DNA of 64,000 bases from Candidatus Latescibacterota bacterium (GCA_965261395.1 OZ253462.1:3200001-3264000); one strand, 5' to 3'. Shown: positions 47,931 through 58,763, counted from the stretch's first letter. Program-made: numbers and translations. The notes: generated by a model not told the origin, from the sequence alone.

Positions 47931-50414
47931 ATGTCCAATTGGCCGATGCTCAAGCACTACGATCGGGATCATCTCGCCAGCATTGCCATGCCCATTGGCG
48001 GCATTGGCACGGGCACAATTTCACTGGGCGGACGCGGGGATTTGCGCGACTGGGAACTAATGAACCGCCCGGCCAAGGGATTTGTCCCAAGGGGCGAGGC
48101 GGGCCGAGGCGGCGGCCCATTTTTTGCCCTGTACGCCAAACCCGCTGGCGGCCCATCCGTCACCCGGGCGCTCGAAGGACCGGTGGATGTCTCCGAATAC
48201 CAGGGTGCGAGCGGCAGTGTGGCGGTCAATCACGGCTTGCCGCGCTTTGCGCAATGTGCGTTTACCGCGGCCTATCCACTGGCACAGGTCCAGCTATCTG
48301 ATCCGCAGGTTCCGGTCGCGGTTTGTCTCGAAGCGTTTAACCCGCTTATTCCCGCCAACGCCGATGACAGCGGCATCCCTATCGCGGTGCTGCGCTATAC
48401 GCTCACCAATCGGACCAACAAGCGCGTCGCGGCCTCGGTATGCGGCTCGCTGCCCAATTTTATTGGCAACGATGGCGTCGAAGAGTTGGCCCGGGCCAAT
48501 CGCAATCGCTTTCGCCAGGCAACGCACTGTCAGGGCATTTTCATGGATAGCGAAGGGGTTGATCCAGCCGCCATCAGTTATGGCACTATGGCCCTGACCA
48601 CCACGGCCAAAACGGGTATTACCTATCGCACGGCTTGGAAAAAAGCCGGGTGGGGCACGTCGCTGCTCGACTTTTGGGACGACTTTGCCGCCGATGGCCG
48701 GGTGGAAGAGCGCCCCAGCGCAGGGGCCGACATGCCGAGTGCTTCGCTGGTGGTGCGCACCAACATTTTGCCCAAGGCACACAAGACCATCACCTTCTTG
48801 CTGACGTGGCACTTTCCCAATCGGCACACGTGGTCGCCGGGCGACGACCCCTACCTTGGCAACTACTATGCGACGCACTATGGCGATGCGTGGGATGTGG
48901 CCGGCAAAACCGCGCCGCGGCTCAAAAAGCTCGAACAACAGACCGTGCGCTTTGTCCAAGCCTTCGCAGCCAGCGACCTGCCCGAGGTAGTCAAGGAAGC
49001 CGCCCTTTTCAATCTCAGCACCCTGCGGACGCAAACGTGCTTCCGCACCCCCGATGGACGTTTATTTGGCTGGGAGGGATACAACGATCACAGCGGCTGC
49101 TGCATGGGTTCCTGTACGCATGTGTGGAATTACGAACAAAGTACGGCGTTCCTCTTTGGCGATCTGGCCCGCACGATGCGCGATACCGAATTCAATCACG
49201 CCACCGACGACCAAGGCATGATGAACTTTCGCGTCCATCTGCCCCTCAGTCGCGCCCAAGAATTTGGCAAAGCTGCGGCCGACGGTCAGATGGGCTGTAT
49301 TATGAAAGCCTATCGCGACTGGCAGCTTTGCGGCGACGATGCCTTCCTCCAATCGATTTGGGCCAAGGTCAAAAAGGCCCTTGAATTTTGCTGGATCGAA
49401 GGGGGGTGGGACGGCGATGGCGACGGCGTTATGGAGGGCTGTCAGCACAATACCATGGATGTCGAATACTACGGCCCTAATCCACAAATGGGGATCTGGT
49501 ATCTGGGGGCTTTGCGCGCCGGCGAGGAAATGGCGGCCCATCTGGGCGAATCCGACTTTGCCCAAACCTGCCGGCGGCTCTACCAGAGTGGCCGCGCCTA
49601 CATCGACGAGCAATTGTTCAATGGCGAGTACTACGAGCATCGCATTGAGCCAGCCAAAAAAGTGGCCGCATCGCTGCGGCTGAGTATGGGCGCGGCGGAA
49701 CTCGCCGATCCAGATTACCAACTCGGCAGCGGTTGTCTGGTGGATCAGCTCGTTGGCCAGTTTTTCGCCCACGTCTGCGGCTTGGGCTATCTGACCAAAC
49801 GCGCCCACGTGCGCCAAACGCTCAAGAGCATCCGCAAGTACAACCACCGCAAGAAGCTGACGGATCACTTCAACTGCATGCGCTCTTATGCCTTGGGCGA
49901 TGAATCGGCCTTGCTCATGGCGAGCTATCCCCACGAGCGGCCCGACAACCCATTTCCCTATTTCACGGAAGTGATGACCGGGTTTGAATACACGGCGGCC
50001 ATTGGCATGCTCTACGAAGGGCAACTCAAAAACGGTCTGCAAACCATGCGCGACATTCGCAATCGCTACGATGGGGCGAAACGCAGTCCCTTTGACGAAG
50101 CCGAATGCGGCCATCACTACGCCCGCGCCATGGTGGCTTGGGCCGGGGTGCTGGCGCTGACGGGATTTAATTATTCGGGGGTTACAAAGTCCATCGCCTT
50201 TGCCGCGAAGCTCGGGACCTTTTTCTGGTCAAATGGTGCTGCTTGGGGCACGGTGTGCATTGCCCAACGGCAGTCGGGCTATCGCATTGCCTTGGATGTT
50301 TTGTATGGGCAGATCAAAATCAAGCACTTTAGGCTGACCGGCGTGGGCGAGCACACCTTTGACCGGGAGCTCGTGCTGCGCGAGAATAGCCAACGGACCT
50401 TTGTCGTGGGATGA
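47931..50414 (+). CDS. GH116 glycoside hydrolase (GBA2-like)
   Basis: MPIGGIGTGTI, CTHVWNY, AADGQ, QHNTMD, DQLVGQ, EVMTGFEY, ECGHHYAR. Confidence 0.88.
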   Translation: MSNWPMLKHYDRDHLASIAMPIGGIGTGTISLGGRGDLRDWELMNRPAKGFVPRGEAGRGGGPFFALYAKPAGGPSVTRALEGPVDVSEYQGASGSVAVNHGLPRFAQCAFTAAYPLAQVQLSDPQVPVAVCLEAFNPLIPANADDSGIPIAVLRYTLTNRTNKRVAASVCGSLPNFIGNDGVEELARANRNRFRQATHCQGIFMDSEGVDPAAISYGTMALTTTAKTGITYRTAWKKAGWGTSLLDFWDDFAADGRVEERPSAGADMPSASLVVRTNILPKAHKTITFLLTWHFPNRHTWSPGDDPYLGNYYATHYGDAWDVAGKTAPRLKKLEQQTVRFVQAFAASDLPEVVKEAALFNLSTLRTQTCFRTPDGRLFGWEGYNDHSGCCMGSCTHVWNYEQSTAFLFGDLARTMRDTEFNHATDDQGMMNFRVHLPLSRAQEFGKAAADGQMGCIMKAYRDWQLCGDDAFLQSIWAKVKKALEFCWIEGGWDGDGDGVMEGCQHNTMDVEYYGPNPQMGIWYLGALRAGEEMAAHLGESDFAQTCRRLYQSGRAYIDEQLFNGEYYEHRIEPAKKVAASLRLSMGAAELADPDYQLGSGCLVDQLVGQFFAHVCGLGYLTKRAHVRQTLKSIRKYNHRKKLTDHFNCMRSYALGDESALLMASYPHERPDNPFPYFTEVMTGFEYTAAIGMLYEGQLKNGLQTMRDIRNRYDGAKRSPFDEAECGHHYARAMVAWAGVLALTGFNYSGVTKSIAFAAKLGTFFWSNGAAWGTVCIAQRQSGYRIALDVLYGQIKIKHFRLTGVGEHTFDRELVLRENSQRTFVVG

Positions 50415-50428
50415 AAGGAGCATAAAAC

Positions 50429-51196
50429 ATGACGCGCTATACCCGCATTGGCCTGACCGGGGCCAACGGCACCATCGGCCGCGTGCTGCTGGCCGGCTTG
50501 GGAGCTGAGTACGAATTCAAGGCATTCACGCGCCGCCCGGTCGATTTTCCTGCCACTATCGTCAATTTCGACCGTCCCGCAGAGGTCGAAGGGGCCTTTG
50601 AGGGCTTGGAGGCCGTAATTCACTTGGCTGCCGATCCCAGCCCAAGCGCCTCTTGGGAGAGCGTGCGGGACCACAACCTCGAGGGCATGTACCAGGTGCT
50701 GGAAGAGTGCCGCCGATCTGGGGTCAGACGTTTGGTCTTTGCCTCGACCAATCACACCCAGCACGGCAATACTATTTTGACCACGCCCGAGACCTTAGAT
50801 CCGTCCAAGCGCATCCGCATGCGCCTGGACGAGCCGCCTAATCCCGATTCCATGTACGCGGTCTCCAAGCTCTTTGGCGAACACATGGGCAAGCTGTATA
50901 GTCAGCGCTACGGTCTCGAATTCGTCGGTCTGCGCATCGGCTGGATCATTGCGGAGGACGATCCGACCACCATGCGCGGCACTCCTGCCGAGGACTATAT
51001 GCGGGCCATGTTCCTCAGCCACCGCGACTGCATTGAAGCCCATCGTCGTGCCCTGGAAGTGGACACCCAGTACCTGCTGGCCTATGTGGTCAGCGGCAAC
51101 GGACGGCGCGTTTTTGACCTAGAGGCCACCGGGAAGGATCTGGGTTATGTGCCGCAAGACGACGCTGAGGATTACTTTCGCCGAGTGGAGGGGTAG
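50429..51196 (+). CDS. NAD(P)-dependent epimerase/dehydrogenase (uronate dehydrogenase-like)
   Basis: TGANGTIG, HLAA, FASTNH, YAVSK, LRIG. Confidence 0.85.
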   Translation: MTRYTRIGLTGANGTIGRVLLAGLGAEYEFKAFTRRPVDFPATIVNFDRPAEVEGAFEGLEAVIHLAADPSPSASWESVRDHNLEGMYQVLEECRRSGVRRLVFASTNHTQHGNTILTTPETLDPSKRIRMRLDEPPNPDSMYAVSKLFGEHMGKLYSQRYGLEFVGLRIGWIIAEDDPTTMRGTPAEDYMRAMFLSHRDCIEAHRRALEVDTQYLLAYVVSGNGRRVFDLEATGKDLGYVPQDDAEDYFRRVEG

Positions 51197-51367
51197 AACT
51201 TTCTCGCCGCCGAGGCTCCGACGCCTTGAGCAGTAGATTGATTGGACGTATTTTAAGGCCGCTTACCAGCTCCTTGCGCCTGGGAAGCAACTCATCTCAA
51301 CCTCGTCCTCTAAGTTGGCTGGATAGCCTTCTAGTCAAACTTGGGGACTTAATTAGAAAGGAAAGGC

Positions 51368-52363
51368 ATGACCTCTTTCCCCCGCACCGCAAACGTATGT
51401 CTAGAGTTTCTGCACCAGAAACTCACCTCGCACGCAACCCCCTTGCTCATCGCTGCCCTCAGTATCCTGCTGCCGCAGATGGTATCGGCAGGCGCTTGGA
51501 CGCTTGGAAAGGGCCACGTATGGAGCATGGTCACCTACCTGTCGCAATCGACCGATCAGCACTATGATGCGGATGGAAACGCGGTTGAAATACCCGCCGA
51601 CGCCCGCTACCAATCGCAGCAGGTCTATTTCAACGTGTACTACGGCCTGACGGACCAAATCGATCTTGGCCTCCAGGTTCCCTATATCAGCAATAAGTTT
51701 GTCGATAAAGATGAGAGTAATGAGGTCGCGACTCCGCCGCCTGCTCTTGAGCCGGAGTCGGGTATCGGCGATCTGCGTGGCTTCGCCAAGATCAACCTCT
51801 TGCAACAAGCGGGTCTTGTCGGCACCCTAAAACTTGGCTTCAAGCTTCCCGTCGGCGACTATCGGCCCGTGCCCGAGGCCCTTTCCATAACCGGCGGCCA
51901 ATGGGATTTTGACGTTGTCGCGCAACTTGGCCGCTCCTTTTGGCCCGTCCCGATGTACGCCAATGTCGATCTGGGGTATCGCCTGCGCGGAGAATACACG
52001 GATCCCGCCGCCGGTGAGCCCGACGTCGTTGATCGCAGCTACACCCCCGGCGCGGAATTAGTTTTTAACGCCGAGGCAGGCTATAGCCCGATGGACAAAC
52101 TACTCGTCGCCCTCAAGTATGAAGGCGTAGTAGGAGCGGAGTACGACGCCATAAGCAATCCAGGGACCCCAGAAAGGATTAGCCAAAGCGTCACCTATTT
52201 GGTGCCGACGGTCTTAGTTGGCGTCCATCCCAACGTGAGTCTCGAAGCCTCGGCGCGCATGACGGTCAGCGGCAGCCGGTATTTCGCTGGCCCGACCTAT
52301 GCGGTAGGGCTTTCTTGTACGGCCGCTCTGATCGAGAAGTTGGTTCGTCAAGGGACGCCTTAG
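51368..52363 (+). CDS. Putative outer-membrane beta-barrel protein; start uncertain
   Basis: Signal-like segment before AGAWTLGKG; YGLTDQIDLGLQVPY, SGIGDLR; amphipathic beta strands. Confidence 0.6.
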   Translation: MTSFPRTANVCLEFLHQKLTSHATPLLIAALSILLPQMVSAGAWTLGKGHVWSMVTYLSQSTDQHYDADGNAVEIPADARYQSQQVYFNVYYGLTDQIDLGLQVPYISNKFVDKDESNEVATPPPALEPESGIGDLRGFAKINLLQQAGLVGTLKLGFKLPVGDYRPVPEALSITGGQWDFDVVAQLGRSFWPVPMYANVDLGYRLRGEYTDPAAGEPDVVDRSYTPGAELVFNAEAGYSPMDKLLVALKYEGVVGAEYDAISNPGTPERISQSVTYLVPTVLVGVHPNVSLEASARMTVSGSRYFAGPTYAVGLSCTAALIEKLVRQGTP

Positions 52364-52387
52364 TCTTTATTATGGAGTAGAACAAGC

Positions 52388-52427
52388 AGGGGAAGGGGCT
52401 TTTGGGTTCCTTCCCCTATTTTATTTT
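52388..52427 (+). terminator. Intrinsic terminator
   Basis: AGGGGAAGGGGC-TTTTGG-GTTCCTTCCCCT hairpin (two G-U pairs) followed by ATTTTATTTT. Confidence 0.65.
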
Positions 52428-52466
52428 ATGCGGTAGGGAGATCTACCCATACGAGGAGAAATCGAC

Positions 52467-53258
52467 ATGAGCACGCCGGACATTACCTTGGCCTCGGGCC
52501 ACGCTATTCCGCAATTGGGTTTGGGCACTTGGAGGTTGCGCGGCCAACAGTGCAAAGACGTGGTCAAAGAGGCCCTCGAACTGGGCTATACGCATTTGGA
52601 TTCGGCCTGGATGTACGAGAATCAGGACGCCATCGGCCAAGTCCTCAAGGAAGTTGGGGCCGACCGCGATCGGCTCTTCATCACCTCCAAGATCTGGCAT
52701 TCGCACCTGGAGTACGAGGCGACCCTGGAGCAGATAGAGGAGATTCTGCGCGATCTGCAGACCGAATACGTCGATCTCCTGCTCATCCACAGCCCCGGTC
52801 AGGGCGTGCCGGTGGAGCGCACTTTGGCTGCGTTTGAAAAAATCTACGAGGCCGGCCAAGCCAAGAGCATTGGCATCAGCAATTTTAGCATTGAGCAGAC
52901 CGATCGAGCTAGGGCTGCTACCAGCTTGCCGATCTGCACCAATCAGGTGGAGTACCACCTGCGCCACAACCGCGAAAGGCTGCGGCGTCATTGCCACACC
53001 CACAACGTAGTGCTGACCGCGCACCGTCCGCTGGCCCAGGGCGATCTAGCCCGAGACGAAGTCCTAAAACAGGTGGCTGCCGAGCACGGCAAGACTCAGG
53101 CTCAAGTGGCCTTGAAGTGGCTTTTGCAAAAGGATATGATCGTCATCCCCAAGGCCAGCTCAACGGCCCATTTGCGCGACAATCTGGATTTGTTCGACTG
53201 GCAGCTAGGGGACGAGGAAATGGCGCGTCTCGAGGGGGTGGGAGTCGATCCCGATTAG
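52467..53258 (+). CDS. Aldo/keto reductase (2,5-diketogluconate reductase-like)
   Basis: GLGTW, HLDSAWMY, TSKIW, LLIHSP, GISNF, NQVEYH, IPKAS. Confidence 0.9.
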   Translation: MSTPDITLASGHAIPQLGLGTWRLRGQQCKDVVKEALELGYTHLDSAWMYENQDAIGQVLKEVGADRDRLFITSKIWHSHLEYEATLEQIEEILRDLQTEYVDLLLIHSPGQGVPVERTLAAFEKIYEAGQAKSIGISNFSIEQTDRARAATSLPICTNQVEYHLRHNRERLRRHCHTHNVVLTAHRPLAQGDLARDEVLKQVAAEHGKTQAQVALKWLLQKDMIVIPKASSTAHLRDNLDLFDWQLGDEEMARLEGVGVDPD

Positions 53259-53275
53259 ATCTTGCAGCGGTTGGT

Positions 53276-55183
53276 TCAATAGTAGTAGAACGCATAGACC
53301 AGCGCGGCTCCACCGACGCCGACGCAGGTACCCAAGATCAGGCCGATGAAAAAGGGCAGCAGGGTGCGGTAGAGCCGGATGCCGCCGTAGCGCAGCGCCA
53401 GGAGCTTGATCAGCCAGGCCAAGAAAATCCCGAACCAGTCGATTGAGACGGTGTTGGTCAGGGCGATGCCCAGCCCCACCGGGTGCAGGGGCCAGCCGGC
53501 GAAGCGGTACTGAGCCAGCGAGAGCAGCCCGGCGAGGCCCGCGCCAATGGCGAGGAACACGGCCACTAGCGGCTCGGCGGGATTGGGATTGTTGATCGAG
53601 TTGGCGACCCAGGACCAATGGTATTGCGGCGAGATGACGAAGTACCAGCGATAGCCGTGGATCAGTCCGTGGCGGTAGCCCAGCCATATATAGCAGACCA
53701 TGGTGGTTATGAGGCCGACGATCATGGCGGCGGACAAAAAGAACACCAGCTTGCGCCCGCTGATCTTGAGCCGGGCTGGCTCGCAGACCTTGAAGGCGTG
53801 GGCGAGGGTACCCATCAGAAAGAGCTGCAAATCGGCCGTCCAGACCATGCTCAGCCCCATCGCGCTCAGCCCTTGGGCACCAAAAGGGGCGGTGCCCACG
53901 AGATTGGTCAAGATCGGCGGCACGGAGACCGGAGCGCGCAGACGGCCAATCCCGGTCTGGGACAACAGGCGGGCAATGCCAAAGAAAATCACCAGTGCGA
54001 CCAGCAAAAAGACGATGCTCCAGACCAAACTCAGGCCGCTGGCCCAGAGGAAGCCGCTCATGTACGTCAGCCCGACCAGTCCGAGCAGAGCGGCGGTGCG
54101 CGGCGAGATCGGGTTAGTGCGGTCTGGGGCACCGCCGATGATCAGCCGCCACTGGCGACGGAGGAAGTGGCGCGACATCCACAGCGAAATCCCGACGATG
54201 CACGCGAGCGAGCCAATCTGCTGATGGGCTAGCAGCACGTTGGGTGGTGCGTGGGGCTGGGCCGGCAGCGATAAGGCAATGCCTAACCAGTTGAGCAGGG
54301 CGCCTTCGGCGGCGATGAGTAGGTGAAAAAACCAGACGCTGAACAGCACGTTGAGGCCAACCAGATAGCTCAAGCCCACGACCAGCAGGTCGGTGTTAAG
54401 CCCGTAACTAAGTCCGAATTGACGGATCTCGATGCGGCCGCCGGGGATGCCGAAGCCGTGGATAATCTCGATGTCTAATACTTGATCGAGCATGTTGACG
54501 GTTGGCAGCACCCAGGCGATGAGAAATCCCAGCCACAACAGCTTGCTCTTGAGAATGGACGCGGTGGGGTTTTCCAAGCTCTCGAGGAGCATGTTGGGGA
54601 CGGCGGCGAGGGGATACACCAAGCGCTCTTGACGCGACCACTGGTGGTGGACGAGGCCAATCAGCGCGATGCTGACGAAGAAGAAGGCCAGCATGAAGAG
54701 GCCCCACCACAACAGCGGCCCGGCCCACAAGGCCCAAGGCACAGGCGCGGAGGCATCCGCTCCTTCAAAAAGCTGACGGATCGCTTCGAGGTCGCGGGGG
54801 ACGGCCCAGTGGGGGATGTGCGGCCAGAGCAGGTCGGACCAGTTGTTTTCTGGGGTGGCGTAGTAAAAGACGCCGGCGATTAAAGGGATGAAGTAGCCGC
54901 CAAAGCCCATGGAGGGCAGCACCACGGCGACCATGAGCGCGGCATAGACTAAAGCGAAATTGGCTGGCGAGAGGCGCAAGAGCGGGTGCAGCAGGCGCAG
55001 CGCGAGGGCGACGACCACGAGCCAGAAGATCAGGAAGATGACGCCGATGGTGTTGAAGTGATCGGTCAGCCCTGTGTAGTTGCCATAGAGAACGTAGGTC
55101 CGCACACTGATAAAAGTCATGCAGACGGTAAAGACTAGGACTAGGACGAAGGAGAAACAGGTGCCGAGGAAGGACGAGCGCAT
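53276..55183 (-). CDS. Second DUF6785/DUF6784-like membrane protein (start 55183 or 55219)
   Basis: YYATPENNW, QWSRQERLVYPL, WPLHPVG, LRYGG..PFFIGLILG. Confidence 0.72.
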   Translation of the reverse strand: MRSSFLGTCFSFVLVLVFTVCMTFISVRTYVLYGNYTGLTDHFNTIGVIFLIFWLVVVALALRLLHPLLRLSPANFALVYAALMVAVVLPSMGFGGYFIPLIAGVFYYATPENNWSDLLWPHIPHWAVPRDLEAIRQLFEGADASAPVPWALWAGPLLWWGLFMLAFFFVSIALIGLVHHQWSRQERLVYPLAAVPNMLLESLENPTASILKSKLLWLGFLIAWVLPTVNMLDQVLDIEIIHGFGIPGGRIEIRQFGLSYGLNTDLLVVGLSYLVGLNVLFSVWFFHLLIAAEGALLNWLGIALSLPAQPHAPPNVLLAHQQIGSLACIVGISLWMSRHFLRRQWRLIIGGAPDRTNPISPRTAALLGLVGLTYMSGFLWASGLSLVWSIVFLLVALVIFFGIARLLSQTGIGRLRAPVSVPPILTNLVGTAPFGAQGLSAMGLSMVWTADLQLFLMGTLAHAFKVCEPARLKISGRKLVFFLSAAMIVGLITTMVCYIWLGYRHGLIHGYRWYFVISPQYHWSWVANSINNPNPAEPLVAVFLAIGAGLAGLLSLAQYRFAGWPLHPVGLGIALTNTVSIDWFGIFLAWLIKLLALRYGGIRLYRTLLPFFIGLILGTCVGVGGAALVYAFYYY

Positions 55184-55237
55184 AGTATTCTGTTGGTTAG
55201 TGGGCACTAACGATACCATTCAGCAGATAGATACGCA

Positions 55238-57043
55238 ATGATCGCTGGGTTACAGGCCGGGCGCTTGGGCTGGCTCGTTTTCGCCCTCGCCCTCGCGCTG
55301 CGAGTCGCCTATATCCTCGAAGCAGATGCGAGTCCGCTTTTTGAGCATCCGGCGGTCGATGCTAAGACCTACACCCACCATGCCCAGCGCTTGGCTGCGG
55401 GCAACTGGTTGGGCGTCGGCGAGGGGCCGTTTTGGCAGCCGCCGCTCTACCCGTACTTCCTCGGGGCGGTGAAGGTTCTTTTTCCAGAGTCGTTTTTTTA
55501 CGCTGTGCGCTTTGTGCAGGCTCTGCTAGGGGCGCTGGTCTGTGCGATGAGCTGGTGGATCGGGCGCACTTTGTTCAATCCGGCGGTGGGGTTGCTGGCG
55601 GGGATTGGCGCGGCGCTATGCGGGCCGCTGATCTTTTTCGACGGCGAGCTGTTGCCGGCCTCGCTGGCCGCCTGCGTCGATCTGCTGGCCCTAGTGGTGC
55701 TTTTGCGCGTCTGGCGTGGCCCGAGCCGTTGGGGCTTTTTGGGAGCTGGGGCGGCCTTTGGCGTCGGTGCGTTGGCCGTGCCGACGGTGCTGACCTTTGC
55801 GGTCGCCGTGCCCATCGTCCTCTTGTGGCGTGCTCCTTGCCGGCAGGGCTTGATCTGGACCGGTGCGTTTGCGCTAGGGGTGATCTTGGCCGTCACGCCG
55901 GTGGCTTGGCGCAACTGGGCCATCGGCGGCGACGGGGTGGGGATTTCCTACAATGCGGGGATTAACCTGTACATCGGTAACAATCCCGACTATGCAGAGA
56001 CCGTGGCCATCCGTCCGGGGTGGGAGTGGGACGATTTAGTCACTCAACCGGCGCGGGCGGGGATGGAGCGGCCTTCGGCTAAGTCGGCGTATTTTGCCGA
56101 GCGGGCTTGGGGCTACATCAAGGGCGACCCGACTGGGTGGCTGGGATTGATGGGGCACAAGCTGGGGGCGTTTTGGCACGGCGACGAGCGGGGGCGCAAC
56201 CAGCCGATTTACTTCTGGCGCACCTATTCAAATGTGCTGTCGGCGAGCCTGTGGAAAGCAGGCATTGCCTTTCCCTTTGGCTTAGTGGCCCCGCTGGCGC
56301 TGTGGGGGATGTTGCTGAGTCTGCGGCGAATTGGGCCGACGTGGCCGCTGCTGTACGCGCTGAGCTATTGCTTGGGGGTGGTCGCGTTTTTTGTGGCGGC
56401 GCGCTACCGGGTGCCGGTGCTGCCGGTGCTCCTAGTTTTTGCCGCCTATGGGCTGTGGGCGCTGTGGGATTGGGTGCGGGCGGGACGTTGGCGGAGTCTG
56501 GGGCTGGGGTTGGCCGCCTGCTTGGCCTTTGCGTTGGCGGCCAATAGCCACCTAGCGCCGATGGATATGGAGGGGGATGCGGCCATCCACTACAACTTGG
56601 GTAACGCGTATGCCGAGGCCGGCGACAAAAAGCGGGCACTGGCGGCGTTTGAGCGGGCGGTGGCTGAGGATCCCGAGTACTGGCAGGCGTGGTTGAATCT
56701 GGGTGGGGTCAAGGCGGCGCTGGGCGATCTCATAGGCGGTGAAGAAATTTTTGCGCGGGTGGCGCAAAAAGCCCCGCGGCAAGTCGAGCCGTGGATGAAC
56801 TTGGCGCACGTGCGGATTATGCAGCGAGACCTAGAGGGGGCCTTTAGCAGCTACGAGTCCGCGCTCGCGGCTAATCCCAAGTTGCTACCAGCCTACGTGG
56901 AGATGATCCGCCTCTACGGGCAGATGGGCGATCTAGCCCGGGCGGCGCACATCCTCCAGCGAGCGGTCGATCAGTTGCCCGCCGAGAGCGAGCGCTTGCG
57001 TCAGTTCTACGAAGAGATACAGATGCGGGCGTTGGGCCGCTAA
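55238..57043 (+). CDS. GT-C (ArnT/PMT-like) membrane glycosyltransferase with C-terminal TPRs
   Basis: DAKTY, PPLYPYFL, GINLYIGNNP, FFVAARYRVP, then HYNLGNAY TPRs. Confidence 0.8.
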   Translation: MIAGLQAGRLGWLVFALALALRVAYILEADASPLFEHPAVDAKTYTHHAQRLAAGNWLGVGEGPFWQPPLYPYFLGAVKVLFPESFFYAVRFVQALLGALVCAMSWWIGRTLFNPAVGLLAGIGAALCGPLIFFDGELLPASLAACVDLLALVVLLRVWRGPSRWGFLGAGAAFGVGALAVPTVLTFAVAVPIVLLWRAPCRQGLIWTGAFALGVILAVTPVAWRNWAIGGDGVGISYNAGINLYIGNNPDYAETVAIRPGWEWDDLVTQPARAGMERPSAKSAYFAERAWGYIKGDPTGWLGLMGHKLGAFWHGDERGRNQPIYFWRTYSNVLSASLWKAGIAFPFGLVAPLALWGMLLSLRRIGPTWPLLYALSYCLGVVAFFVAARYRVPVLPVLLVFAAYGLWALWDWVRAGRWRSLGLGLAACLAFALAANSHLAPMDMEGDAAIHYNLGNAYAEAGDKKRALAAFERAVAEDPEYWQAWLNLGGVKAALGDLIGGEEIFARVAQKAPRQVEPWMNLAHVRIMQRDLEGAFSSYESALAANPKLLPAYVEMIRLYGQMGDLARAAHILQRAVDQLPAESERLRQFYEEIQMRALGR

Positions 57044-57052
57044 TGGACAAAA

Positions 57053-58732
57053 TTAGGGATCCGGCTGGACGACCCTGAGCACTTGGTTGGCGGCGACCTT
57101 TTCTATGGTCTGATGCGTCCCGTCCGGCCAGCGGATTTCCACTTGGGCGCTCGTGGCCGCGCCCAGCCCGAAGTGCAAGCGCGGGTCGTGGCTGGCCAGA
57201 TAGCTGCCGCCCGATTGCCGCTCCTGCACTTGGCGCACCCCGTCGGCTACAACTTCTACCCGCGTTCCTAAGCCGTCGGGGTGGCTCTTTCCCACCAGTA
57301 GAATTTGCAAATAGTGCCGGGCATTGCCGCCGTCGTTGCGCAACAGCCGTGGCTGGGCCGCTACCGTGGTCACTAGGAGGTCGAGGTCGCCGTCGTCGTC
57401 GTAGTCGGCGACCGCGGTGGCGCGCCCGGCATTGGCCCTTTGGAAATCCGCTCCCAATGCGGCCGAAACGTCGGCAAAGCGGCGGCCGGCGTCGTTGCGG
57501 AACATCTGGTTGGGCTGCCGATAGGTCTGGCTCGAATCCACTTCCGCAATGCGGTCGATGACGTGGCCGTTGGCGGCAAAGAGGTCGAGGTCGCCGTCGT
57601 TGTCGTAGTCGAAAAACTTGGTGCCAAAGCCGAGGAGCCGGTACGAGGGATCGGCCAGTCCTAGGCGCTGGGTGGCGACGGCGAATTGGCCTTGGCCGTC
57701 GTTGCGGTAGAGGGCGTTGGTCTCAAAAGCGAAGTTGGTGACGAAGAGGTCGGCATCGCCATCGCGGTCGTAGTCGCCAAAATCGACGCCCATGCCCGCG
57801 TCGGCGTGCCCGTGCTCGTTGTAGCGGGTGCCGGCAACCAAGCCGACTTCGGCGAAGGTGCTGTGCTGGTTGGCGTAGAGGAAGTTCATGGTGCCGTCGT
57901 TAGCCACGTAGATGTCAGTGTCGCCGTCGCGGTCGTAGTCGGCCAGCGCGACGCCCAGCCCCTTGCCCTTGAGTGCAATGCCGGTCTCCTCGGTGACGTC
58001 GGCGAAGGCGTTGCCGTCGTTGCGGTAGAGGAGGTCGCCGGTGGGATCGTACACGCTAGGCTCGCAGTACGCGCGGATTTGCCCCTGTTGGCAGATGGCG
58101 TCGTCGTCGAGGGCGTAGCGCACGTAGTTGGCGACGAAGAGATCGAGGTCGCCGTCGAGGTCGTAGTCGAGGAAGCCGGCACTGGTACCCCAGCGCGGAT
58201 CTGCTAGGCCGGCCGATGTTTTGGCAAAGATGCCGTGGTCGTTGCGGTAGAGGGCGTTGGGTCCGTAATTGGCGACGAACAGGTCGGAGTCGCCGTCGGC
58301 ATCGTAGTCTGCGGCGGCAACGCCAAAGCCGTAGCCGGGGTCGGCGCTGCCGCTGTGGGCGGTGACGTCGGTGAAGGTGCCCGCGCCTGCGTTGCGATAG
58401 AGGCGGTTGATCGGCGGTGGGTCTGGGGGATGACCGGTTAGGTAGGTGCCGTTGGCGAGGTAGAGGTCGAGGCGGTCGTCGCCGTCGTAGTCGAGGAAGG
58501 CGGCACCAGCACCAAAGGTTTCGACATAGTAGTATTCGCCGGAAAAGCCGTTGTAGTGGACGAAATCGATGCCAGCGGCGTCCCCGGCGTCGGCGAAATG
58601 CACTGGTGGTGCTGGGGGGTCTTGGGGAGTGCAGGCGCAGAGGGCGCTGGCGAGGGCAAGGCCCCAGATCTGCACTTGAAATCGGATACGCGAACGTGCA
58701 GACTGCGCGACCTCTGTTATTTTTAAGCACAT
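57053..58732 (-). CDS. CRTAC1-family lipoprotein; start uncertain
   Basis: LCAC lipobox; DxDxDGxxD blades; SYLASHDPRLHFGLG. Confidence 0.9.
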   Translation of the reverse strand: MCLKITEVAQSARSRIRFQVQIWGLALASALCACTPQDPPAPPVHFADAGDAAGIDFVHYNGFSGEYYYVETFGAGAAFLDYDGDDRLDLYLANGTYLTGHPPDPPPINRLYRNAGAGTFTDVTAHSGSADPGYGFGVAAADYDADGDSDLFVANYGPNALYRNDHGIFAKTSAGLADPRWGTSAGFLDYDLDGDLDLFVANYVRYALDDDAICQQGQIRAYCEPSVYDPTGDLLYRNDGNAFADVTEETGIALKGKGLGVALADYDRDGDTDIYVANDGTMNFLYANQHSTFAEVGLVAGTRYNEHGHADAGMGVDFGDYDRDGDADLFVTNFAFETNALYRNDGQGQFAVATQRLGLADPSYRLLGFGTKFFDYDNDGDLDLFAANGHVIDRIAEVDSSQTYRQPNQMFRNDAGRRFADVSAALGADFQRANAGRATAVADYDDDGDLDLLVTTVAAQPRLLRNDGGNARHYLQILLVGKSHPDGLGTRVEVVADGVRQVQERQSGGSYLASHDPRLHFGLGAATSAQVEIRWPDGTHQTIEKVAANQVLRVVQPDP

Positions 58733-58763
58733 GCCTATTAATCACTAAACAGGAGAATGGACG

